From Candidatus Woesearchaeota archaeon (GTDB lineage Archaea > Nanobdellota > Nanobdellia > Woesearchaeales > UBA12501), in contig JACPCA010000008.1 of the NCBI GenBank assembly GCA_016180035.1, forward strand, positions 1-48,250: a stretch of 48,250 bases of DNA, in the 5' to 3' direction. Both the position numbers and the translations under genes were made by a program. Numbering within the stretch: the stretch's first letter is position 1; every line of letters begins with the position of its first letter. This document shows positions 8,451-17,539 of the stretch, one piece after another. The notes beneath the pieces are model-generated. The model was not told the DNA's origin and did no database searches. It worked only from the letters and a program-made list of their open reading frames with translations.

Positions 8451-8622
8451 AACAAAACAGGCCAAAGGCCTGTAACGGGTTGCGGCGCCGCCACGCATCG
8501 TTATAACAGTCGTGTCCATTTTTCTTGCTCAACACTGGTGTAGAGCAAGAAAAATGGAATTGATGAGAGGTCTGCAATTGTGGCGGCGCGTGTGTCCCGT
8601 TACCGGCTCTGCCGGTTTTGTT
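8451..8622. repeat. Family II structured palindromic element, copy 1
   Basis: Order: AACAAAAC, hairpin AGGCCaaaGGCCT, GTAACGGG, GGCGCCGCCAC, central hairpin CCATTTTTCTTGCTC/GAGCAAGAAAAATGG, GTGGCGGCGC, CCCGTTAC, hairpin CCGGCtctGCCGG, GTTTTGTT. Lies between convergent genes. Confidence 0.8.
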
Positions 8623-8720
8623 AAACGCTCTTGCCGTTAAGAAACACGAAAGAAAGGATAAGAAAATAATTGACCGAGATGACAGCGCAAAAATACCGAT
8701 CAATACCCTTTTAATATCGA

Positions 8721-9554
8721 TCAATACACCTTCAATACCTTTCGCATCCCCATACTGGTGATGATAGAGAAGATGATATACGCCGCAAGCCAGCCTGGCT
8801 GCCAGCCGAAGATGCTGAGCGCACCGAATGGCTTCACCGGCTTGTTCTTGATGATGATCTGAAACACTGCCCCGTCAGGATCGAGATATCCTGCCTTGGA
8901 CGTGTACAGCCAGCCGAAGGCTGATGCAAAAAATCCTTTCTTGCTCTTGATGGTCGGCGAATAATCACGCCAGCTGCTGATCTTGACCTCTTTCGAGTGC
9001 AGCTCGCCGCCGACGTCAAACACGACATCGTATACTCCAGTATCCCCTTGAAGCGTGAACGGCGTCGATCTGCCAGTCACGTTCTTTGCTGCATCACCGA
9101 TGACCGTGATCCCTGTGGGCGGTTCGGCAGTGATCGTGCCGCGAAAGCCTTGCTCAGTAGCAATGACGACATCAAACGGCTCTCCTGCTGCCAATGGAAG
9201 ATACGCAATATTCGCCTGCATCCAGCCAAAGATGAGAAGCAAAGGGATAATGGTATAAAAGGTGGACTTGAACGAGTGTTTCATATATTCCATGTTTTTC
9301 TGCATGAAGACCTTCTGCTTGTCCAGCGCTTTTTTAGGATCGTCTTTCTGGAATTTCTTGACATCCTCCTGCAGCTTCTTCAAGTCCTCCTTGAGGCTTT
9401 TCATGAGCTGCTGGTTCGTCGTCCATTTGTAGACGAGCGTGATGATGGCAGAAAGAACAACGGACAAGATGATAATGCCTAAAAGATAGTTCAGCCTCAG
9501 CACTGGGCCGAGCAAGGCGTTCATGACCGGATCAAGGATGTTCAGAAGCCCCAT
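8721..9554 (-). CDS. DUF106/EMC3/TMCO1-type membrane insertase (archaeal Oxa1 superfamily) with a large inserted domain
   Basis: TM1, then a K/E-rich coiled segment (LKEDLKKLQEDVKKFQKDDPKK..QKNMEYMKHSFK), then TM2 and a C-terminal TM. Sits in the conserved position downstream of secY. Confidence 0.7.
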   Translation of the reverse strand: MGLLNILDPVMNALLGPVLRLNYLLGIIILSVVLSAIITLVYKWTTNQQLMKSLKEDLKKLQEDVKKFQKDDPKKALDKQKVFMQKNMEYMKHSFKSTFYTIIPLLLIFGWMQANIAYLPLAAGEPFDVVIATEQGFRGTITAEPPTGITVIGDAAKNVTGRSTPFTLQGDTGVYDVVFDVGGELHSKEVKISSWRDYSPTIKSKKGFFASAFGWLYTSKAGYLDPDGAVFQIIIKNKPVKPFGALSIFGWQPGWLAAYIIFSIITSMGMRKVLKVY

Positions 9555-9570
9555 CGTCGTATCTCCCCCA

Positions 9571-10965
9571 TCAGTTAATCTCCATAAACTTTCTCATCAT
9601 AGGATGCATATCATAGAGATGGTGTTTCGCAATGTCTTCATACAGCCGGTAGATGATCATGACGGTCAGCATGAGCGCTGTACCTCGGGTTAATGATCCT
9701 GAAACGTCAGCGATAGACGCGAGGAACCCGATAGCAGCGCCGCCCATCACCGTCAAGGGCCCGATGTACCTGGCAAGCAGCCGTTCCATCACCCTTGGAT
9801 CACGCCGGAAGCCAGGGATCTGGAGCCCTGATGCCATCATCTGCTTTGCCTGGCTGCGGGCATCCATGCCAGAGGTCTGCACCCAGAAGATGGAGAACAC
9901 CACACAGCCAACGACCATGATGAGGATGAAAAATAAGGAAACACCAATGTCACCGACGGTAAGCGACCCTTTGATGATCTTGTCAAGAAGGTTAGGCGGG
10001 TTGGTCCAGGCAACAAGGCCGGTGATAGGGGCATTTCCAGAGAAGGTCCCCAGCCATGGATGTCCCCAGTTCTGCAGCAGACGAGCCCATAACTGGATGT
10101 TCGCCAGCAGGGCAGACACTAAAATGACAGGCAGGACATTGGCGTAGGCAAAGCTCAATGGCCATCGGATGCCGTGGCCGCGGACACGCCCGAAAGACAG
10201 GGGGATTTCTACTTTCATCGCCTGGATGTACACCGCGATCCCAAACACGAACAAGGTCGCTGCAATAGTCCCGATCTTCAGGAAGGCAGTGGTCGGGTCG
10301 CCTTGAGAAAGGGCCTGAAAAAGAGCAGGGATCGCTCCTGTGGCAATGCCAGGATTGCTAGGGGATGGAAGAGGGGAGAGGGCAGTGATGAAGATCTGCT
10401 TGGCGACGCCAGCAGCGATGAACAGGCTGATGCCGGAGCCAAAGCCCCACTTGCTCACAATCTCATCCATGAAGATGATGAGGACACCGCCGACAAAGAG
10501 CTGGAAGACCAGCAATAATTCGATCTGGAAGAAAAGGCCAGTGCCTGCAAGAGCATTATCTGGAGCAAGGCCGCCGAGGAAAACATAGATGCATGCTTCA
10601 AACAGGACGAAAAAGAGGGACAGCAGCTTCTGGATGCCCTGGAATCTTCTCTTCCCTTCATGGGTGGTAAGGTCAAACTTGACTATGCCTGAACCGTTCA
10701 GGAGCTGAAGAACGATGGAAGCAGTGACGATAGGGCCGATACCGAGAGAGATGATAGATCCGAATTCTGCCCCAAGGATGAGAGAAAGAAACTCGAACTG
10801 CTGGAGCGCGTTCTGGCCAAGGCCAAACAGGGGGATCAATCCGAGGATAAAGAAGAGGACAAGGACGATACCAGTCCATTTCAGCTTTTCCTTAAAGGAC
10901 AGCCTACGCTGGCTTGGAGCGCCAACTTCTGGGAGATAATTGATGAATGGATCAATAAGGGACAT
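9571..10965 (-). CDS. secY: Preprotein translocase subunit SecY
   Basis: 464 aa, 10-TM pattern, N-terminal LPEV..P..R.SFKEKL.WT motif. GGAGG RBS. Lies at the end of the r-protein operon. Confidence 0.95.
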   Translation of the reverse strand: MSLIDPFINYLPEVGAPSQRRLSFKEKLKWTGIVLVLFFILGLIPLFGLGQNALQQFEFLSLILGAEFGSIISLGIGPIVTASIVLQLLNGSGIVKFDLTTHEGKRRFQGIQKLLSLFFVLFEACIYVFLGGLAPDNALAGTGLFFQIELLLVFQLFVGGVLIIFMDEIVSKWGFGSGISLFIAAGVAKQIFITALSPLPSPSNPGIATGAIPALFQALSQGDPTTAFLKIGTIAATLFVFGIAVYIQAMKVEIPLSFGRVRGHGIRWPLSFAYANVLPVILVSALLANIQLWARLLQNWGHPWLGTFSGNAPITGLVAWTNPPNLLDKIIKGSLTVGDIGVSLFFILIMVVGCVVFSIFWVQTSGMDARSQAKQMMASGLQIPGFRRDPRVMERLLARYIGPLTVMGGAAIGFLASIADVSGSLTRGTALMLTVMIIYRLYEDIAKHHLYDMHPMMRKFMEIN

Positions 10966-11069
10966 CAGGAACCTCCTTCCGATATATTTTTGGCAGATGA
11001 TTTGCCGTTAATTTGCCTTTAGTAACGATTTGGAGATGACTTTACAAGGTTGGTAGCGTGGTTGGCAGT

Positions 11070-11609
11070 TTATTTCTTCAAAGGCGATCTCTCTGATGCA
11101 GATTCAGCAGCCTTCTCTTTTTTTTCTGGTGCCTTCCCTTCTTTTTCCTTTTTTTCTTTAACTTCCTCTTTTTCTTTGACTATCACGCTTCCTCCTGCGC
11201 TCTTGACTTTTTCAACAGCGCCAGCGGAAGCAGCATCAGCAGTGATGACAAGCTTGCGATGGACTATGCCAGTGCCAAGAAGCTTTTGGACACCAAGATC
11301 GTGCAGGTTGATGTGGATGACGCCCTGCTTGTCCTGCGCCAGGCTTTTCGCGACAAGAACATCCCATTTCTCATCAAGATACGCAAGAGTGACCGCCTTG
11401 ATGACATCAGCATTCTTCTTTTTGAATCCGAACTTTCCAAAATAGTCTAGCCCGGAAACGCTCGGCCAGTTCACGTCCGCGCGCTTTCCCGTCCCGGCAT
11501 TGCCTCGGCCGCCACGGCTTCCGCCGCCACGGCGCTTCTTCTTATGGCCGCCGCCGCAGCTGTTGCTGCCGCGGTAATTGACACGTTTTTTCTTTTTGTG
11601 GGTTGTCAT
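11070..11609 (-). CDS. rpl15: 50S ribosomal protein uL15 with K/E-rich C-terminal tail
   Basis: GGGHKKKRRGGGSRGGRGNAGTGK motif. Operon position. Confidence 0.9.
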   Translation of the reverse strand: MTTHKKKKRVNYRGSNSCGGGHKKKRRGGGSRGGRGNAGTGKRADVNWPSVSGLDYFGKFGFKKKNADVIKAVTLAYLDEKWDVLVAKSLAQDKQGVIHINLHDLGVQKLLGTGIVHRKLVITADAASAGAVEKVKSAGGSVIVKEKEEVKEKKEKEGKAPEKKEKAAESASERSPLKK

Positions 11610-11674
11610 GGGCTGTAGAGGATCAGTAGTGGATTAGTAGTATAAGATCATTTCGCTGAGTGTCTCGTTGGGTA

Positions 11675-12157
11675 TCAGATCATTTTTTGGATGAGCTTGT
11701 TGATGGCATCCCCGCGATATCCGAGAGCGCCGCCCTCGCCATATGCCCGCTTGATGCCTCGGCGCTCGTAGCCTCCCCGAGGAGGGTGGAGATGGAAATA
11801 ATTTTTCATGTCTGATGTTGAAGGATCCTTGACACCGCGCTTGCTGGCGAGCAGCTGGTATCCTTCCGTGGACAGAAGGCCCCAGGTGATGTGATCCTTG
11901 ATCTTGATCAGCATCCCACGGATTGCCGGCGTATCCGGATATACCGCGCAGATATTGTTCTGGAACAGGTGAAGCTTCGACAGCGTGTCCTTGATCGGAA
12001 TCGGGACCTGGACGCAGCCGCGGATGCGGATGGCAGCAATCCTGCCGGAGGGGTTGGCAGATGAGGCTGCTGAAGGAGAAACTTTCGGCTTCTGCCCTGG
12101 CAGTGCCTTTTCCTTTTTCGCTTTCCGGAACGTCCGTACGGACGGATGGATGGCCAT
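11675..12157 (-). CDS. rpl30: 50S ribosomal protein uL30
   Basis: AAIRIRG..IKDTLSKLHLFQNN..GMLIKIKDHITWG. Operon position. Confidence 0.9.
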   Translation of the reverse strand: MAIHPSVRTFRKAKKEKALPGQKPKVSPSAASSANPSGRIAAIRIRGCVQVPIPIKDTLSKLHLFQNNICAVYPDTPAIRGMLIKIKDHITWGLLSTEGYQLLASKRGVKDPSTSDMKNYFHLHPPRGGYERRGIKRAYGEGGALGYRGDAINKLIQKMI

Positions 12158-12159
12158 GG

Positions 12160-13074
12160 TTATGCTTCCTCGCGATTCCCTGATTCATCAGCCTTGCTAT
12201 CAGCAGTGTTTTCTACCCTGACAGGAGCTGTTCCTTCCACGATGCCGAGCATCTCGTGATCTCCAGGATGGATCTTTGTCTTCATCAGCTGGTGAAGGGC
12301 TTCAGTACAGGCGAAGAGGACATTTACCGTGCTTGCAGTTGTTCCAGAGAGCTGAGACCAGACATCCTTGATCCCCGCAAGCTGAAGCACCTTCCTGCAT
12401 TCTTTCTGGATGGCAAGCCCGGTACCTTGAGGGGCTGGCAGGAGCGTGATGCGGATCGAGCCGCACTTCCCCGTCACCTTGAACGGGATTGAATGGGGCT
12501 CTCGACAGCCGCACTGCCAAGAACCGCAGCCTCTCCTGATCTGGAATATGTTCAGCTTGGCGTTTCTCGTGGCTTTCTCCCGGGCAGGGACAGTCTCTTT
12601 TGCTTTTCCGTACCCGAGGCCGACAATGCCATTGGAGTTTCCGATGACAGCACAGGTGGCAAAGTTAGGCTTGTTTCCTTCTTTTGTCTTCTTCTGCGTC
12701 TGCTTGAAGACACGGCGCTGGCCGCCGCCAAATTTACCTTTGGACTGCCCGATGAGGAGCAGGTCTGATGGCATGCCTGGCAGGAGCGTATCGGTGATCT
12801 GGTATTCAAGGATGGCTTTTCCTGTTTCAAAAACGGATTCGATTGTCCTGTGCCTTCCTTCCTTCACGTCGCGGCCAAGATCTGTCTTCGGGATCCATGA
12901 ATCAAGAGCGCTGTCTTTGCGCGCTGGCACGGCAACAAATGTGCTCGTCGCTTCTGGCACGATGAGAGACGTCGGGGTCCCTTCCTCGATCGGCTTCACG
13001 ATAACCTCGTCACTCTCCTCTTTTTCCTTTGCCCGTGACGGCTTTGCTACCTTTGCTGCTGGTTTTGATTTCAT
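12160..13074 (-). CDS. rps5: 30S ribosomal protein uS5 with extended N-terminus
   Basis: GCGSWQCGCREPHSIPFKV..PAPQGTGL motifs. Confidence 0.9.
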   Translation of the reverse strand: MKSKPAAKVAKPSRAKEKEESDEVIVKPIEEGTPTSLIVPEATSTFVAVPARKDSALDSWIPKTDLGRDVKEGRHRTIESVFETGKAILEYQITDTLLPGMPSDLLLIGQSKGKFGGGQRRVFKQTQKKTKEGNKPNFATCAVIGNSNGIVGLGYGKAKETVPAREKATRNAKLNIFQIRRGCGSWQCGCREPHSIPFKVTGKCGSIRITLLPAPQGTGLAIQKECRKVLQLAGIKDVWSQLSGTTASTVNVLFACTEALHQLMKTKIHPGDHEMLGIVEGTAPVRVENTADSKADESGNREEA

Positions 13075-13748
13075 GATCGTGCACCCTGCTGTTTCTTTAC
13101 ACTGTTTACGCCATCCAATCTCTTCTGAGCCGGCTCCTGTCTTTTCTGGGCTGGCTTGCCTGCCGCAGCCGGTGTTGCTTTCTGGATCGCTGCCTTGACA
13201 GACTCAAAAATCTTGGTGATCTGCTCTGGATCAGCCTGCTGCTTGATGGACGAGGAAAACTGTTTCTGATACACGTCCTTGGATGCCTTGAGCTGTTTTG
13301 CGTACGATGCGATGTGGCTTCCGGAAATGCGGTCTGCTGCCGGAAGCGCGTCTGGGGAGCACGGCACAGAAAGGCCGCCGTCGATGCATCCTTTCACGAC
13401 CGCAAACAGGCGTGATTTGGAAAGAGGAGCGTACAGCCCAAGATCGACAATAGCATGCCTGTTGTCAGCCGGCACCTTCATCGAAAGGAGCAGGCCGGTA
13501 AGGTACGCGGCGCTGGTGTTAGCAGTGTTGAATGGCCAGCCAAGGGCGCGGAGCTCTTTGGACGTTGCGGATGCCACGATTTTATCCCCGCCGGGAGCAT
13601 ACCCTACCACTTGAGCAGTGAAATATTTGAGCGATCGGCGTATGACAAGGCGGTTGGCGCCAGACATGAGCAGCGCACGCCGCTTCTTGTAATTGGTCTT
13701 CCCATCCCGCTTTCTGCGGTACGGCACCGTGTAGGTTTTCTGGTTCAT
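13071..13748 (-). CDS. rpl18: 50S ribosomal protein uL18
   Basis: YTVPYRRKRDGKTNYKKRRALL N-terminus. Overlaps the rps5 start. Confidence 0.9.
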   Translation of the reverse strand: MNQKTYTVPYRRKRDGKTNYKKRRALLMSGANRLVIRRSLKYFTAQVVGYAPGGDKIVASATSKELRALGWPFNTANTSAAYLTGLLLSMKVPADNRHAIVDLGLYAPLSKSRLFAVVKGCIDGGLSVPCSPDALPAADRISGSHIASYAKQLKASKDVYQKQFSSSIKQQADPEQITKIFESVKAAIQKATPAAAGKPAQKRQEPAQKRLDGVNSVKKQQGARS

Positions 13749-13767
13749 GGTTGATCAGGTGATCTGT

Positions 13768-14253
13768 TTATTTTTTGATTGGTGCAGGAGATGCTGCCTC
13801 TGATTTTTTCTGGAGGAGGCTGTTCTCTTCAAGGTAGAGCGTGACGTGGCGCTTGCTTCTAAAAAATCCGCCCTTGCATTTTAAGTATAACTCTCGGAAG
13901 GATTTTGGAGCCAGCAATCCTGCTTCTTTCAACTCCTGAAGATAGGAACGTTGAAGCCTGATCCGATAGATCCATGTCTGCTTCCTCGACTCCCTGGCAG
14001 TCTTCACTCCCTTCCTGGAGCCATGCCCGCTTCGCCGCCCTTTAGTTCTTTGGGCAGTTGCCTTTCGGATCCTTCCTCTAGATGAGCCGACAGTTGGCTT
14101 CTCTCGGACGATGCCGCTGTTCACCAGGGACCTCAGGTCTGCCTTGGTGATAGCCTCTTTGATCTGGTCGAGCTTGGAAGCATCAAACCAGACTTTCGAT
14201 GGGGAACAGCCCATGACATCGGCAGCAAGCCTTCGTTGAACGGTGAATTTCAT
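13768..14253 (-). CDS. rpl19e: 50S ribosomal protein eL19
   Basis: QRRLAADVMGCSPSKVWFD..GRRSGHGSRKG motifs. Confidence 0.9.
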   Translation of the reverse strand: MKFTVQRRLAADVMGCSPSKVWFDASKLDQIKEAITKADLRSLVNSGIVREKPTVGSSRGRIRKATAQRTKGRRSGHGSRKGVKTARESRKQTWIYRIRLQRSYLQELKEAGLLAPKSFRELYLKCKGGFFRSKRHVTLYLEENSLLQKKSEAASPAPIKK

Positions 14254-14255
14254 AG

Positions 14256-14861
14256 TTATTGGGTATGGATGAGCTGGTCATCCTTCTCCTTTTTTTCTTC
14301 TGCTTTCTTTTCCTCTTCCGTGACAGCTTCATCGATAGAGGTCTTTTCTTTTTCTTTGTCTTTCTTTTCTGCCTGCTTCTTGAGCCCTTCTTTTTTCTTT
14401 GTTTTCTCGCTCTTCTTCTTTGCTTTTTCTTCTTTTCTGGCCCGAAGCTTCTCTTCGGCTTTTTTGACAGCTCCTGCAGGGTCTTTGACATTGAAGACCG
14501 TCAGTTTCTTCTTGATAGCTTCATGGAGCAGCTGGATCTTAAGCCGGAGGCCGACAGTGCTTCCGATAAGGATGCCCTGCTTGGATGGGTCGGCAGCAGC
14601 GATATCCTTCATGGACTGGACAATAAGGATGGGCATACCAGTGGGGTGGAAGCCCCGAACAGCAGCCGGAGACCGGAATCCGATAGCGACCTGGCTTGGA
14701 TGGCCTCGCCTGTTCAGGCGAAGCTTGGAGTCAATGCCCTTCGGCCGGCGCCAGGCGTGCTTGAGCCGCTTCAATTTTCGGCCAGACTGGCGGAGGAATT
14801 CTGGCTTTCGCTTCTTGATCCGCTTCCTTGCTGCCAGCAATCGTTTGATGTCTTGTGCCAT
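14256..14861 (-). CDS. rpl32e: 50S ribosomal protein eL32 with long K/E-rich C-terminal tail
   Basis: KPEFLRQSGRKLKRLKHAWRRPKGIDSK motif. About 70 aa of K/E-rich tail. Confidence 0.9.
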   Translation of the reverse strand: MAQDIKRLLAARKRIKKRKPEFLRQSGRKLKRLKHAWRRPKGIDSKLRLNRRGHPSQVAIGFRSPAAVRGFHPTGMPILIVQSMKDIAAADPSKQGILIGSTVGLRLKIQLLHEAIKKKLTVFNVKDPAGAVKKAEEKLRARKEEKAKKKSEKTKKKEGLKKQAEKKDKEKEKTSIDEAVTEEEKKAEEKKEKDDQLIHTQ

Positions 14862-14944
14862 GATCGTATCGCGTGTTTGCCGTATCGCCTGTTGTTTGTC
14901 TTGTTTGTCCGCTATTTTTGGTATTTTTTCAATGATTATCTGGT

Positions 14945-15502
14945 TTACAATTCTACTGGGTGACCGTCCTTGTCAACGATGTAGATGCCGTCCTGGAATA
15001 TTCTTCTGTCCCTGTTCTGGATGATCGTCAACCGCTCGATGTCCGCAGCGCACTGGCTCACCTGTTCCAGGCTGACGCCTTCGACAGTGACATCCTGCCC
15101 GTTCACTTTCACGGTGACGCCGTCCCGGATCCGAAGTACTCTGGGGTATTTTTCACCGAGGAAGTTCTTGATCGAAAGGTCCATCCCTGACACTGCAGCA
15201 TTCATAGGGAAATGGCCGGAACAGATCTTCATCTTGTACACGTGGCCCTGGGTTACGCCTTTGATCATGTTTCGCAGATGGGACTCGATGGAACCCAGCC
15301 TTGTCTTCTCCCGCTTGGTTGCTTTTGCAGCAGAGACAGACAGGATGGAGTCTTGGACCTCTAGATGGACTGTCTTGTCCCGGAACTGCCTGGAAACTTC
15401 TCCCTTCGGCCCTTTCATGTGAACCTGGTATACCTGAGGGGTGATAGTCACCGTAACTCCAGCGGGAATGCTGACCTTCAAGGTGAGTGTCTTGTTTTTC
15501 AT
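14945..15502 (-). CDS. rpl6: 50S ribosomal protein uL6
   Basis: Two-domain uL6 pattern. Start set to the ATG at 15502 (MKNKTLTLKVSIPAGV) rather than the upstream extension. Confidence 0.9.
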   Translation of the reverse strand: MKNKTLTLKVSIPAGVTVTITPQVYQVHMKGPKGEVSRQFRDKTVHLEVQDSILSVSAAKATKREKTRLGSIESHLRNMIKGVTQGHVYKMKICSGHFPMNAAVSGMDLSIKNFLGEKYPRVLRIRDGVTVKVNGQDVTVEGVSLEQVSQCAADIERLTIIQNRDRRIFQDGIYIVDKDGHPVEL

Positions 15503-15585
15503 ATGTTTTGCACCGAACGATGATGATTGATGATTGGTAATAGGTATAATCAACAACAATATGTATGATCAACAACAGATACTAC

Positions 15586-15978
15586 TTAATAACAGTACGC
15601 CAGCAGGCGCCCTCCAAGCTTTCGTTGTTTTGCCTCTTGATGGGTCATAATACCTTGAGAGGTCGACACGATGATGATGCCGAAGCCTTTGGCGATGAGG
15701 AACCTCTTCTCAAATTTTTCATAGGTGTCGAGAGTGACAGACATTCTCGGCTTGATGGCGCCGCAGGCATTGATCATGCCGAGAAGAGGGATGACCAAAA
15801 AGTTCCCTTTGCCATCCTCGACCTCCTGGACATCGCCAAGATAATGATTCGTGTTCAGGATCGACAGCACCTGCTGCAGGAGATTGGACTTCGGCTTGAC
15901 AGCAACTTCTTTCTTGCCGATCCGCTCCGCGTTGAGCACGGCGGACAATGCATTAGATAATGGGTCATTGAGTGTCAT
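15586..15978 (-). CDS. rps8: 30S ribosomal protein uS8
   Basis: MTLNDPLSNALSAVLNAE N-terminus. Operon position. Confidence 0.9.
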   Translation of the reverse strand: MTLNDPLSNALSAVLNAERIGKKEVAVKPKSNLLQQVLSILNTNHYLGDVQEVEDGKGNFLVIPLLGMINACGAIKPRMSVTLDTYEKFEKRFLIAKGFGIIIVSTSQGIMTHQEAKQRKLGGRLLAYCY

Positions 15979-16004
15979 GATATCTTTCCTCGTTCAGTCC
16001 TTGT

Positions 16005-16235
16005 TCAGCCATACTTTTTGAATCCTAAATCTACTGCAATGTCACGGAAGCACTGCCTGCAGACGTGGATGGCATACTTGCCGATATGGGCGCGGATCCT
16101 GCCGCACCGCCGGCATCGCTTCAGGCTCCTGCCGCAGCTGCGGGCCTTTGGGGCATTGTGCTTCTTGTACTTCTGAAGCTTTGGCGGCTTCACGCTCAAT
16201 TGCTTGAACACCTTGTCGTAATTGCTGTAGCTCAT
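16005..16235 (-). CDS. rps14: 30S ribosomal protein uS14 (zinc-ribbon type)
   Basis: CRRCGR..CRQCFRDIAVDLGFKKYG. Confidence 0.85.
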   Translation of the reverse strand: MSYSNYDKVFKQLSVKPPKLQKYKKHNAPKARSCGRSLKRCRRCGRIRAHIGKYAIHVCRQCFRDIAVDLGFKKYG

Positions 16236-16747
16236 TCTTGGTCACCGATCTTCACGTTGAATGCTTGTTTCATGAATTCCATCGATTCTGTCTTGGTGAT
16301 GATATGCTTCTTGGAAACCGGCCTTGTCATCACTCGGCGGCGCTTGACGCGATAGCCTGGGCGATCGAGCGTGAGGCAGATCTGAAATCCCATCACCCCG
16401 ATTTCCGGATCGTACTTGACGCCGGGAACATCAATATATTCGTGGATGCCAAAGGAAACATTGCCGACATTGTCGAACTGGCTCTGCGTCAGGACATTGG
16501 ACTTTGCATCTAACAATCTCGGAAGGAGCTCTTGAGCGTTTTTTCCGCGAAGGGTGAGCTTGCAGCCGATCGGCAATCCCGGGCGAAGGCCCCATGCCGG
16601 GATTCTTTTCATCGTGAACGTCTGGACAGGATTGATGCCGCTGATATTTTTGAGGAGCTTGATGCCTTTCTTGAGCAGGTCTGGATTTTTTCCAGCGCCA
16701 ACATTCAATGTCAGCTTCTCAATCCTGATGCGTTTCATGGCGTTCAT
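16232..16747 (-). CDS. rpl5: 50S ribosomal protein uL5
   Basis: MNAMKRIRIEKLTLNVGAG. The track ORF starts at a GTG (16798); the first ATG was taken instead. Confidence 0.88.
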   Translation of the reverse strand: MNAMKRIRIEKLTLNVGAGKNPDLLKKGIKLLKNISGINPVQTFTMKRIPAWGLRPGLPIGCKLTLRGKNAQELLPRLLDAKSNVLTQSQFDNVGNVSFGIHEYIDVPGVKYDPEIGVMGFQICLTLDRPGYRVKRRRVMTRPVSKKHIITKTESMEFMKQAFNVKIGDQE

Positions 16748-16852
16748 GGCCTGTACCTGTATTGTTAGCGTTTTTGTGATGGGGCAGCATTGTTTCACTG
16801 ATCATCTTTTCCATGATTCTTTTCTACGCTTCTCATTTCTTTTCTATGCCCC

Positions 16853-17539
16853 TCATCCTAATGTCACCGCAGGCTTGTCCTTGCCGACGACAAAAGCATG
16901 CTTTTTTGCAGTGATGGACGGCGTGCCGCCGATGTTGATCGTGATGATATCATCTTCAATCTTATCGATGGTGCAGATTCTTCCGCGGTACTTCCCTGCA
17001 ACGAGCATGGCATGGGCACCGTCCTGGAGTGGATAATGCGCCTTCACCGCCTGGTCAGGAAGCGCTAGTTCAAGCGAATCTCCGACCTTGTAGCCATCCT
17101 TCTCGACCGTGCTGTTCCTGCCATCGGAAAAGTTCAGCTGCGTCTTTCCTTGGGGAAGCTTTGCCTTTCCGATGATCCGTGACAGTTTCCTGCCTGCCTC
17201 GCCTTTCGGCACCGAGACGACTGCAAGCATCCCTCTCTTGGTGAGCGTCATGCGATAATGCTCATCCGTATCGACAAGAGACACCACATCCATAAGCCCG
17301 ACAGGGAACTTGACATCGAGCCGGCGGCGGCCGTCAACAAGGACGGTCTTATGCTGCAGGATGTATCGGACTTCCCGAGTAGTTTTGGCGCATTTTATCA
17401 TGTCTTTCAGCACGGTTGCAAGGGAAAGGCTGTAACTCAGGCCATGGCCTGACGGGTGCGGCCTCGTGACAAACACGGATTCTTTTCGCGCAAGCTGCCA
17501 TGTTTTTGGCGTTGCGATTCGTTTCAGGTGGGCTTTCAT
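16853..17539 (-). CDS. rps4e: 30S ribosomal protein eS4
   Basis: MKAHLKRIATPKTWQLARKESVFVTRPHPSGH. Confidence 0.9.
   Translation of the reverse strand: MKAHLKRIATPKTWQLARKESVFVTRPHPSGHGLSYSLSLATVLKDMIKCAKTTREVRYILQHKTVLVDGRRRLDVKFPVGLMDVVSLVDTDEHYRMTLTKRGMLAVVSVPKGEAGRKLSRIIGKAKLPQGKTQLNFSDGRNSTVEKDGYKVGDSLELALPDQAVKAHYPLQDGAHAMLVAGKYRGRICTIDKIEDDIITINIGGTPSITAKKHAFVVGKDKPAVTLG

Noticed and set aside
8422-8724. ORFs of 60-106 aa across the family II elements (8422-8724, 38384-38704, 38413-38628), all containing NKTGRAGNG.
   Set aside because: The shared peptide arises on either strand because the DNA is palindromic. The ORFs are not conserved outside the repeat and cross obvious hairpins.
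14183-14491. K/R-rich 102-aa ORF overlapping the eL32 tail.
   Set aside because: It is an alternative frame of an AAG/GAA-rich tail region. This is a low-complexity artefact.
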